Positions 52,263 to 64,000 of a stretch of DNA of 64,000 nt are shown here, one piece after another. Source of the DNA: Camelus dromedarius (lineage: Eukaryota). Each line of letters begins with the position of its first letter. Position 1 is the first letter of the stretch. The stretch is from contig NC_087436.1 in the NCBI RefSeq assembly GCF_036321535.1, forward strand, positions 40,798,001 through 40,862,000, written 5' to 3'. The notes under the pieces were generated by a model. The model had not been told where the DNA came from and searched no databases. It saw only the letters and a program-made list of their open reading frames with translations. A program made the translations under genes and the position numbers.

Positions 52263-54949
52263 AGTTCATATATATAAACAATGAGGATTGAAAGATTTTC
52301 TTCTTCTTTAAAAATATATCAATTTCTGTTTTTATATATAGCAATAAAGAGTAAGAATGATGCAAAGGAAAAAGAAGATAACGGAAAGTGGAATATCACT
52401 ATGTGTTTAAATTAAATGGGTATTTCTAATGTTCAGAGAATTCTTACAATTCAAAGAGCCATCCTGTCCAGGATAAGCAGAGAAAATGAACACCATTTGT
52501 ATCCTTCCTCCTTCTTCCTGTTTCCCTTTTTACTTTTCTTTCAACTTGTTTCTATTTCTAATGGGAAAAAATATGTATTCTTTTTCTTCAGAATTTTTGT
52601 CAAGTACTTTAATCTGATTTTCAAAAAATAAAATAAAACCTAAGCCCTGTCATGTCTCTGCTGCTCCATACAGACATTACTACATCTTTTCTGGACAGGT
52701 TTCACTTATTTTAAGAGTAAACAGGGAGAGTTGGGTCAACAGAAAGGTTAAAGAAATACAAAATGTACGTTTTCAGACCTAATCACTCATCTGTGCCTCC
52801 AAACTACCTTTTTTTTTTTTTTTTTTTTAGTTATAGGTGGAACATTCCTACTAAAATTCAGAATTTCTAAAACTGCACGCATGTGCACATACAAACACAT
52901 ACACACACAGGTACATGCACTGTCAGACAAGAAAGTTCTGAGTGCAAATATTAGTCATGGTGATGAAACCCAGCTTTCATAAATAACAGTACAGGACGGG
53001 GTAGATGGTATCCCTCTTGGTGATGGCCGAGGTGAGCAAAATCACAGATTTGATGTAACACGTCTTGCCTAATGAATAGCTAAGTCTTAGGTGTCTGACA
53101 ATGCCACATTTCTCATTTCCTTCAACGTGTGAAAGGAGAGGAATAACATGTAATTTAGTAAAAAGAAAAGCTGGTACAGAGCTGTTAGATGCTCCAGCCC
53201 AGCCTCTTTTCCATAGAAAGCACCATGCTGCACTGGTTCTAGTTTCCCTCGAGATTACTGATTTTCTGTTGCCAGACAGACTGGTGACCTCAGCTCTGTG
53301 AGGTAGGCTCTTCCTGCACGGGTAGAATGGAAATTTCTAATTTCTAAGTACACCTACTGTTGGACCAAATGGTTTGTACACAGGTTTATAGTTTTCTTTT
53401 GAGGATATGAATATTAAGCCAAGAGTCATTGCCAGGATTTGGATTCCAAATGTGACTCACTGATATTAATTTTTCTAAGAGTGGCACAAATTAGTGTGTA
53501 TCAAATAAATTAAAAACATTTATCTATTAAAAGTGAAACTGACAGCACTTTATTTTATTGAATGGCTAATGCAACATATTGTCTAGGAGAGAGAAAGGAT
53601 TTGTAAAGAATCCTTTTTAAATTCTGAAATGAACTGACCAGGCAACAATAAATACTGTGTTACATTAATAGAACTAATTTAATTTGTATTGCAATTAAAG
53701 AAAATTTCATTTGCTTCACAGAATAATTTTGGCCTTGCCAGCTTTTTTTTGCAGCCAAGTAGTTGTGATTTAGCATGTCCTTTCTACCTGTACCCTTTGG
53801 AAGCTGTTGATTCATTTGTAGAAGGTAGACACAATTTATGTAACAAATGAGTTGGAGACAAATCAGCAGCTGATTATACACATTAAGTAACTTATTAGTA
53901 ACGCTGTTTTACATAACTTTATTATTTGGTACAATGTGTAGGCTCATAATGTATTACACTGACACATAACAAACACATAAAGAAGCGAAGGGAGGTTAAA
54001 CACATATGATGAAATTAGAGGAGCCATGACATGATTTCAGAGGTACTAAGGAAGGGATGCTAGCTTAACACCAGGAGGTTGAAATACATGCCTGTATCAT
54101 CTGGTTGCTATTACTGATGCAGAGCTGAGCTGTTCTACATTTTCTGGATTTTCATTACATTTTTATTCTTTCATTTAAGGGAGTTTTACTACTGTACTTC
54201 ATTTCTGAAACTAGAGATTCAGATGAAAGAAGAAAGAAGCCTCAAATACGAAAGGTTTCTTTTGTCCCTGAAAATTGACGTTCAGTTTTAGGGAAACTGA
54301 AACATAGTCAAGAATTCAGTAATTAAAAATGACTTCAACCAGTGCATTTTGGCGTTTGTATGAAACAGCAGCCTAGTGTTCTTTGTCTCCTTGCTTCGTG
54401 GCCACCCACTCACAGGCCACTTAGCATGGGACAGTAATGCCAATATGCTAAAATACTGCAGTTTTCTGTACATTTGTGTTACATACCTAAATGCAGACAG
54501 GTATACTCACATCATTTTAAGTATTAATGCTAAGTGCTTGTATTAACCTTCAGTTATAACTTAGGCCAATATTTTGGAAGTCTATTTTCTCAGTGATTAA
54601 GTGGTATTATATAAAGCTATCTGTATTCTCTGGCAAAAGTGTCAAATTAGTTGTGATTGCTTACATCTCATAAATTTTCTGACTTGAAAAAGTTTACAGG
54701 TACATTTTCCCTTTTTGTGTCTTTTTCAGAACAATAGCTTACCTGAAATGTATCTCTGGTATGATTTTAAAGTAATTTCTTGTCCTGAAAATGATACTTT
54801 AGCCAGACAATATAATGTGAATGTAGCTACAAGTTCACTTCTAGTTCACCAGACTCCAGTTCTCTTTGTAATTGTCCATATGCAGATAGGGATATGGCAT
54901 ATTGACATTGACAGCAATAATAAAAAATAATAAAAACAATGACTACGAT

Positions 54950-55220
54950 GATGAGACCTAACTAAATCTGAACTTTCACTCTCGCTCAGCTGGGGCACTG
55001 TACTCTTCACATATTTTACACTACCTGCAAAATCACCCAGATTTCACAGATGAAACAGAATGCTTAGCTTCCTAGACTTGGGATTGAGACTGGTAAAGTC
55101 CTTGTTCTACCACTTAATCTCTGAAACACAGGTTTCAATGTCGTAAAATGGGAATCACAGTACTGCACCATAAGGTTACTGTGATAACAAAATGAGATCT
55201 TTCATGACCAGCACAAAAAA
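54950..55220. mobile_element. Two opposed MIR fragments
   Basis: atttcacagatgaaacaga (antisense) followed by ctaccactt..gtaaaatgggaat..aggttactgtgataacaaaatgagat (sense). Confidence 0.55.
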
Positions 55221-58200
55221 AATTAATGCAGGGTGGTTATAGTATGTAATCTCCATACCCAAACTAGCTCTGTCATTTATGTCTTCTTTTATCCAAATCA
55301 TCAATCCAAATTCTAATTCATCCACTTAAATTTTTACCTTCAGGATACAAATGCATTTTCGTCTACCCTAAAATATCTGCATTTTAAAGTCAACCCTGAA
55401 TATTGCTCCATACTTCCAGTTATCCTGTTCTTTCTTAACTGCTACATTATCACGGTGTCTTATCAAAGTAATTTATAATAGATACTACTTTCTCACAATT
55501 TTTAAAATAATGTATTATGATTTTATCAAAGTAATACAAGCTGTAAAATCAATCAGAACTAAGAGCCTCATAATAATTAAAACCCAAACCGTTGGCCAGC
55601 CTACTCTAGCTCCAGCCTACTGAGGCAAATTGTGCCACAGAGGCAAACTTGTTTCAATCATTTATTGGTTTATTCACCTCTACATGGCTAAATATTATAC
55701 TTACACTGCTATTATTATGTCTCCCATGATTTATCTACATATTTCTACCACTCTATGAAAATAGTCATGTAATTCTGCCCCTACATACTTTCATTCTCCC
55801 AATATATTGAAAGAAACTGCAAAAATCCTTCTCACAGTTGAAGAAATCAAATAATCTGTTTCCTCTCCTTCTTTAGAAGCTGCTTCAATCTGTCCAGGGT
55901 GACCTCTAGCCAACTGCACAGGTTCCCAGTTTCAAGGCTGGGTTCCCAGTTTCCTGAGTCTTATGTTTTCACTGCCTGTGGCTTATTCTTCCTTTTGTAG
56001 GCTGCTCACGCAGCAGTAGTCTGAGGAAGTCTACATGGGAAAGAAGATTTCTGTAAGGCCTTGGGTGTGAGAAAAACCTCTTAATTGTTATCCTGACATT
56101 TGTGGACGCTTGGATAGAGAGTTACAGATTGCTAATCAACACTTCTCAGCCTCTGAAGGCATGAACTATTGTAATCTGTGCCTTAGTAATACTCTTGAGT
56201 GGTCTAATGATAATCTTATTTCTATTCCATTATATGCAATCTTACTCCTATTCCATTATACACAATCTGCTTTTTCATTATATTTTTTCCTTTTTGCTAC
56301 TTTTAGTATTTAAAAATAATCCCTCTGTTCTTAAACTTTAGAATAGTATTTCCTGATATAATCTTTTTTTTTTTCCATTTGAGATGATGGACAGTTGATG
56401 AGATCTTTTAATTTGGACATATATATTCATTATTTTGGAAATTTTCAAAATGATCTTCCATTTATTTTTTCTGTTTACTCTAAAAATATTAGGTGGAAAT
56501 TGCAACCCCTACTATATTTTATTTTACTTTTCTATTTTCTATCTCTGTTTTTTCCCCCTACTTTCTGGGAGACAGTCTCAACATTATTATGTTATAGGTT
56601 TTCAAGAAATGTCTATTGATATTTGGCTGTTGAATCCTAATTTAGAATGAGACATTTAAAAGCATTTTGAGGCTTTCTGTGTGTTCAGGTGTATGTTCAT
56701 GTGGTGGATTTCCCTAATAAAGTTTTATTGTGAAATTCAAATTGCTTATGTCTGTAGTTTTTTGTTGTGGTTATTGCTAGTTTGTTGTTTTTGCTTTTTG
56801 TTTGAATCCTTCTAAGGCAGCTAGTTTCTTCAAAGATGAACTTCTAAATCTGGCTTCTTTCATAGGGGCAACTAATGGGAGAAAAAGGATGAGAACTATA
56901 GTTTAATTTGAAGTTGCATTTACCTCACTGATTGTTAAGGAAACTGTTCCACCCTGACCCTCAACTATCCCTGGTTTTCCTGAGACTATCTGTTTGTTTC
57001 AATTTTTCCTGAGAATAAGCATCCGCCCATTGTCTTGTCAAGAAGGACTATTCAGTCGTCTGTTGGTCTGAGGATCTTGGACAATCTAACTTGTCCTTCA
57101 ACAGACTCTTTGAAACTGTTACACCTACTTCATTGTCTGTTTCTCTCCAGTACAGGAAACTTTCAGTGGTGGTTCCTGTAACACAACTTGTTTCTTCCTG
57201 TCACCCTCCCATGCAGACACTGAGCTCTCAGCTGTATCTGCACTATAAATTATTTACCCCTTACTGTTTGACTTCCCGTCTCCAGAAAATGTGTTTGCAC
57301 CTTTCAACTGCTGTTGTCTCTTCGCTAGTACTCTATAGTTATGGGATCATATATTTTAAAGTTTCACTACAAGCATTTCAGCTTGAGGAGGAATCAGTGT
57401 TCAAAAGCCATGCTAAATGACAGTTCCACCCCTTAACGTTTAACCAGGTGAAATCCCCCTTCACTCTGCCACCCAGGCCTTATCAGTGACCAAGGCCAGG
57501 ATCTCCTTTAAGCTTATTTCTCCTTGATTTTATTCTATTTACAAAACTCTCATTCTTTTACTGAAATTCTTTTTTCCTCTGGTTTCCATGACCGTAATCT
57601 CTAAGTTTCCCTCAAACCTCTGTAAAACATTATAGACTCATCCATGCCTTTCTTTCTCATTATACCTTAAATTTGTCGACAGAGCAGGAACAGGAGACTT
57701 CAGCGTATCTTTAATGCCAGTGTTTCTGGTTTATTGTTGCTGTAAAACTCCATGAGGTGGTGGCATTGCTGTCCTTCAATAGCAGCCCTGTCCTTCAATG
57801 GAAGATAATTATGTTCTACGTGCACTGGTGTCTGGGCTCTGCCAGATAAAATTTAAAGAGAACGTTTATGATCATTCTTCTGTATTTCTCTCATTTCTTT
57901 GATTCCAAAATACCTGTATCTCATTTGTAATGTTGCTGAGAGTGAGAAATTTTTTTCATTGCAGTATGATCCAAGCTTGGGAATAGAAAAAGATAGAATA
58001 TATCTTCCCATTTTCTTTCAAGAGAGCAAAATTTTAAAACTGTCCTGACCTAGAAAGAGAAAATCAAGGCCATTACAGTATCACAAGAATAGTACAATGA
58101 AATGTACTTTGAGAAATAAGAATTTAGATTCCTAGACAACTCTGCCTAGGGCCCCATAGAAAAATGTTTGGTGGCATTTGCCTTAAAAATTCATCCTCTC

Positions 58201-58309
58201 AGTGCTTACACTGTCAGTACATTGAGAAATCTGCAGGGAGTGGGCATAAATTAAGGCTAAAATAACCAATTTTTGAACCAGGGTTGCATTGCTTTGCATT
58301 GTGCACGTA

Positions 58310-58575
58310 AGATTTCCTACATGGTTATGTCATCTACAAACAAAGAGAATTTCATTTCTTCCATCCCAGTCTGCACACATTTGATTTCCTTCCCCGCCTC
58401 ACTGCATTTGCTAGGACTTACGTGCCGTATCAAACAGGAGCGGTGGGAGAAGCCTTCCTTGCCTTAGTCCTGATCTTAGAGGGGGAAGCCTTGAGTTTCT
58501 TGCCATGATGTATCACGCTAGCTGTAATTTCTTTTGAAGATATTCTTCATCAAGTTGAGGATGTTTCCGTCCATT
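58310..58575 (-). mobile_element. L1 ORF2 fragment, GC-shifted
   Basis: Homologous to 48620-48870 (atgtcatctacaaacaaag..gctaggactt..cctgatcttagagg..atcaagttgagg). Confidence 0.85.
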
Positions 58576-59559
58576 AAAAGTGGATTTAAATGTTACTTTC
58601 TTTATGTAGTTTTTGATAATGAGATTTTAACTGTTTTATGAGAATACAAATCTTTGGAACATTGTTGCCTTTTGATTCTAATGAATGATACTACCATTGT
58701 GAAAGCATAACTCTGTTTTTGGTTTAAATGAAAATCTAAATAAATCTATGCTCTGTTTCTCCTAAGCTACTGCCCTTCTAATTGGAAGCATAAGAAGCTG
58801 AACATGGGTGAATTTATCTAAAAAATGAAATTTCATTTTTGGCATTATTTACATTCTTACCAACTTAAAAGAGCCAATGAAAGCTGAGTGCAGTTAAGCT
58901 CCTAAGAAACTGACAGAAATGTGCTTAGAGAACAAATTCTAAAATGGTAATGAGTCACTATTGTTTCCTCCTCGAAAGGGCAAAAATGAAAGTCACTTTG
59001 AGAAATCGATTTGCCTCAGTAAGAGAAGGTTTCCTCTTCTACACATCATGTGTGGAATAAGAATATTCACCACATACACAATCGTTAGAACTGGGAAATT
59101 TTGCTCTTATGACTGATTACACATAGTGAGCACTATTCAAATACTGTCAATTTGGTCTTATAATCCTCCTATATTAAACATTCTCATTCATTTGCAATTT
59201 ATAAAATTACATTAAAAGCAGTCCAAAACACAAATCAAGATGGTTAACTGTCATTTTAAAGTGATTCTAATTGTTCAGTGATATATTTAGAAATGGTTCT
59301 TGATTTTCATAATCTCCAACTGAAATTCCTTAATTTATTATTTTCCCTTGCTTTTCATGTGAAACTGTGATTCTCCAGTGATTCTGCATTACATTAGACT
59401 TAGCTCTAAGCACTCATTTTAATTTCAAACTTTCTTATATTTACTCTGAATGTTCATCATTGAATTCTATCAGTGATTTCATCTTATCACAACAGAACTG
59501 CATTTTCCCCTGTTTTACAATCTTTACAAATTGATGTGTCATAGCATAAAAGAAACTGT

Positions 59560-60065
59560 CTTGCATTGATCAGGACTACTATCACTGCAAATAAAACATA
59601 CACCCAGCCTGAGCTGTTGTCTCATGTAACTGGTAAAATGGGATGGGGGAAGTTAGGCAAAGCTAGGTCCAGAATTTTAAGTGATGACATCAAGCTCTTG
59701 TGTACTCCCACACTCACTCTTGCTTTCACCCTTTCCCTTTATTCACTTCATTCTCTATTTCTGATTTTTCTGAGATAGGCTCCCTTTTAGTGTTGACAAG
59801 ATGGCTATAATTCCAGGGTAAGAAAGATTATCTTTCTCAATAGCTTTCCCAAAATGTCCAGGGAAGAATTAAATAATTGTTTTAATAAGGCAACAAGCAC
59901 ATAGCTAGTCTCCTGGTGCAGTCAGGGATCACTGCTCTGACTACCCTGATGTTGGTTCACATAACTTGTCTATAGCGTGTGGTGGACAGAGATGATTCTT
60001 GTTCAAATCAAATGTGTGGAGAAGAATTAGTATGTAATAGGATTGACAGAGTTCTTCAAAGGAAG
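59560..60065. mobile_element. Old MaLR LTR (MLT1J/K/L-like)
   Basis: tcaggact..ctgcaaataaaacatacaccca..tctcatgtaactgg..caagatggct..aaatgtccaggga. Confidence 0.5.
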
Positions 60066-60139
60066 GTATGTCCATCATGACCTCAGAGCTAAGTCTTTTT
60101 CTCTTGTTATAGTCCTCTCCATCACATTTTGACTGCTTG

Positions 60140-60194
60140 AAAGATAATATTCGTGCATAATATAAAGATAATACTATGCACGAATATTATCTTT
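60140..60194. repeat. Perfect inverted repeat, 20-bp arms with 15-nt spacer
   Basis: aaagataatattcgtgcata (60140-60159) / tatgcacgaatattatcttt (60175-60194). Confidence 0.95.
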
Positions 60195-60831
60195 ATCAGA
60201 TCACTCATTTAAATACACACACACACACTTCTATTTAGGCATTTAACTTACAGCTGGGGTTTACTCTAAAAGTGGGTCTAAAGTGATGTTTTTCCTTGAT
60301 ATGTGCTATTAAATTTGGAAGAATAAAAGAGAAACACAGAGATGGAGAATAAAGGTTGAGAAAGAAAGAGAGAGAGAGAATTGATAATTGTCACCTAAGA
60401 AGGCACCCAGCTTGGTATAGGACTGTCTCAAAAGTCTATGATTTATCTTTGCATTTTTTGGCCAGAGGACTCATTAGCTGAGAGATCCAATATGGTGTAT
60501 TTAGAAATATTTTTGACTTAAATATTTCTCTATTAAAATGTTTATATATAATACTTTTAGTCAAATTCTACCCAGATAATTTCTAAAAAAAAGTTTATCT
60601 TAACAATTAATTTTGTTAATACTGTCTTATAACTTATCTCTGCTTTCCATAAGATAAATAGATAAATCATTGTTTATTTATATTTAATATCTATCATTTG
60701 TTAATTTTAAGACATGTCACTAAGAAATTTACATATAATGAACATATAATTCATACTTTTACATTTATATAAAGTACTTATTACTGCACATTTATTGGTT
60801 CATAGCTGCATTACTTTCCTAATATTTTTGA

Positions 60832-61260
60832 CATTTCCCAATGTTTCTGCTGGAACAAATTATCACAAAATTAGTGGTTTGCACAGAACTAATTATCTTA
60901 CAGTTCTTGAGGTCAGAAGTCTTGAGTCATAAGGGACTAAAAATCAAGGTGTTGGCAGAGGTGTGTTCCATTTAGAGGTCGTGGGGGAGAATCCAATTCT
61001 TGCATTTTCTACCTTCTAGAGCTTGTATTTTGTGGGTTGTTGCCACATCACTCCTACCTCTGCTGTGTCATCACCCCTCTGACTCTGATCCTCCTGTCTC
61101 TCTCTGTGTCATTACATCAGATCCATGTGAATAATCCAGAATGAACCTCATATCACAGTCCTTAACCTTAATCATACTAACAAAGTCCCTTCCAACATAT
61201 ACAGTAAGATATTCTGAGATTAGAACTCGGACATCTTTAGGATAATTATTATGCTTACTA
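60832..61260 (-). mobile_element. MLT1B/C-like LTR
   Basis: acaaattatcacaaaattagtggttt..tcttacagttcttgaggtcagaagtc..aaaatcaaggtgttggcag..ccttaaccttaatcat..attagaactcggacatcttt. Confidence 0.9.
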
Positions 61261-61899
61261 AAATAACTAATGCAAATCAGGTGGATTTTGGCTGCCTTAG
61301 AGTTGCAGATATAAATCTCATCAGCAAAGTGTTCAGTTTTACATGTGCTGACCTTATGAACCTGACACCAGAGCCTGGAACACCAAAACAGAATCCCCAA
61401 ATCAAGTTCTGTTTGACAAGAATTTACTGAGTGCCCACTGCTATCCAACATGCTATAGCTTCCGTACATGTCCTTAGAGTTACTGATTTTGTTTCCTGGG
61501 TGTTTTCCAAAAAACTTGTCAGAACCCTTTGACTTTAAATATATGAAAGTCGAGGACCCTCATGGATAAACCTCAATGGTTTAGGAAACTATGGAAAATG
61601 TAACTCTGTGAATACATTTGTAAGTCAATTTTCTGTTCAAGTTGCCATATATTCAGCTTTATTTTGTGGGAACAAAGTATCTGAACTACATATTGCACCC
61701 ATTTCTGTATTTGGAGATTCAATTATGTATTGATTACAGTATTTAAGGAGCCTAGAATACTTAATGAAAAGCTGGAGCCAAAATAGGTGAATCAATCAGA
61801 ACATAATTTGGGAAAACTCATACCCTGCTTATATATAAACTATCAGTGCTTTTATCTAAAATCAATCCTTTCCTTTGAGCACTAGTTTCCATTCTCTCT

Positions 61900-63300
61900 C
61901 ACTTTGTCTAGGATGTCCATGCAGTCATTTTCCATACCAGTTTTCTCTTTCTACTGAATGAATCCCATCAACATGCAAATATGCTGCTATTATTCCTACT
62001 TGAAAATATTTTTAAAAATAAGAGAAAATACTCTTGGTCCTCTTTCTCTTGACAGTTATTAACCCATCTTTTTGTTCTTCCTTCCAGCAAAACTCAAAAG
62101 ATTTATAGTAACTAAGTTTTTCTCTTAAAATTACTCTAATTAGACTTTGACCACACCACCATAATAAACCTGCTCATGTCAAGGTTAAAGTCAACATTGT
62201 AGTCCTCTCTTGCCAATTCCCAGTCCTTTTTAGCATCAGCAGTAACTGTCATTGGGATTCCTCTATCCCCTTGGATGTTTTTCACTTTCTAAAATATCCT
62301 AATATATCATCTTTTTACTTATTCTAATCTTATTGAATATTCCTTTTAGTTTCTTTTTCTAATTCTTCTTTTCCCTGATACCTTAACATTGGAAAGTTCC
62401 AGAACTCGGGATTCTTCATCCCACTTTCTGGAATCATTCATTTATCTCACTCTGTATTTCTGAACTTGAGTGTAATAGATGTCTTACACTCTGTATGCAT
62501 GAAAGTAGACCCTTGTTTCTCATCCTCCACAGCTGTTCTATCTGCAGTCTTCCCTATCTTGGTCAATGATAACTCTAATACACATAGTGCTTATTGTGAG
62601 CTGAGGAATCTTGCAAGTCTTTTTTAATATTAACTGCTCAAAGTAAACCTGAGACACAAGTTCTATCATTGTACCCATAGATAAAGAAACCGATAAAACC
62701 CCTAACCAAGCTGCCCAAAATCACAGCCACTGGGTGACAGAGTCAACATTCAACCCTAGTGCCTCTCCTCCAGACTCATCCTCTTATCACTGCACCTTAT
62801 GATTCAAACTCTTCCCATCTTTCATAAAATAGAAAATTGGAGAACCCCATTTATTCCCAGATAAGATTAAACTGATTACTCTCTTCCCTAAGTCTCCATT
62901 TCATCAATTAGTACTTTTTATTAAGGTACTAATAATATTTTTTGGTACAAGCAAGAGTTCGCTGCCCAAAGCTCATAGAAGCCAATACTATGGCCCCACC
63001 TGATGAGGAGGGTGGTAGAGGTGGAAAAGCAAGATGAGGACACTGTCTTAGACTCAGAGCTGAATCTGAGAGAGTTAGTCATGAGTATACAGATGAAAAC
63101 ACTCAAGCCTTCACTTCCTTTGAGCATGTTGGGGTTTAATATTTCTGGTAGATGACCAAAACATTTTAATTCCCCAGCAAAGATCACAGACAAGCTAATC
63201 TAGACATCTAGGCAATTTCCAGATCGAATATATCCAGTCTGAGGCCTCATTTAGTCCATGGTCTTTAGCTCTACCACCAAAATTTGTTTCTCCTGGAAAA
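61900..63300. mobile_element. L2 fragments with an embedded MIR (~62590-62795)
   Basis: tgctcatgtcaaggt, gagagttagtcatgagtatacagatg (L2); agataaagaaac..gctgcccaaaatcacagcca..attcaaccctag (MIR). Confidence 0.6.
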
Positions 63301-64000
63301 CTTTCCTTTTTAACACACACACATATGTATGATGTATATATATGATGTATACACACACACTTGAAAGCAGTTCAAGGCTAACTCCCTGCTAGTTTGGTTC
63401 ATACAAAAACAGGTTAAAATTTTCAGTGAGGAAAAATCCAGAATGTCTCTGTATAAAATTCTTTTAACACAGGCACGGGGTACGTTCTTCTGGGGTAGGG
63501 AGTTTTCCTGCTTTACAAGCCCTCGTTTCTTCTTTACCTTCTCACTCAACAAGGTAATCAGGGCTGGTTTCATTAAGAATACACACCTGTATCAACACCG
63601 CCAGGCAATTATGTTGGGAGTGGGTGAAACACCCCTACCCCAACCCCACATCTCCGTAAGGCAAGGTTTGCAGTCAGAGAGCAAAGCCTTTTATCTCCAC
63701 AGTCAGAGGACCTTCACTAGTATCAGGCCCAAGACATTTTACTACAGGCATCCAAAAGCCAAGCCCTCGTACCCAATCCTAACAAGGAAAAGAGACACAG
63801 ACAAAGTCCAAAGGCCCGAGACTCTAACCCAGAGTTTGGGGTGATGACCCGATTCTCTGAGTGCCTCAGCTGCTGTACCCTGTTGTCTCCCTTAGGATGA
63901 GGCTCTAACCCACAATTCTGAGGAGATTATTAGACAATTTAGGCACAGGCGAGCTTTAACAAGGTCAACTCACCGAAAAGGTCTGACCCAGGAGCTGTTT

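Noticed and set aside
55921..57799. Short direct repeats ggttcccagtttc (55921, 55941) and ctgtccttcaat (57769, 57788)
   Set aside because: Two-copy micro-duplications typical of slippage; not arrays.
262..63844. The remaining 60-150 aa ORFs in the track
   Set aside because: Most lie in L1, LTR or low-complexity DNA or use non-ATG starts; none resembles a cellular protein I recognise.
1..64000. CRISPR arrays, operons, tRNA/rRNA/snRNA genes
   Set aside because: Eukaryotic repeat-rich DNA; no repeat-spacer periodicity or structural RNA gene recognised by eye.

Overview
AT-rich mammalian genomic DNA, not prokaryotic. The young L1 3' ends are of cetartiodactyl type and I see no Bov-B, Bov-tA, PRE-1, CHR or Alu-type SINEs, which best fits a camelid (inference). 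Much of the window is interspersed repeat (L1 of several ages, L2, MIR, MLT1 LTRs, an ERVL internal fragment, MER2/MER5A/Tigger). One strong CpG-island promoter lies at ~11.74-12.47 kb. From it a minus-strand transcript appears to run leftwards out of the window through a GC-rich first exon (donor at 11708) and candidate small exons. I cannot identify this gene and see no convincing intact protein-coding exon. None of the supplied ORFs looks like a real single-exon gene. The most interesting signal is a set of plus-strand segments at 17.97, 31.9-32.7, 41.0-41.4 and 50.4-50.9 kb with splice signals and partly phase-compatible reading frames broken by single frameshifts or stops: a candidate decayed multi-exon gene lying head-to-head with the minus-strand gene. 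Other points: an orphan CpG micro-island and a GC-shifted L1 fragment (possible biased gene conversion), two perfect inverted repeats, and 5'-inverted and nested L1 insertions. Repeat family names come from recalled consensus motifs and boundaries are approximate. I found no evidence for a novel multi-gene system.
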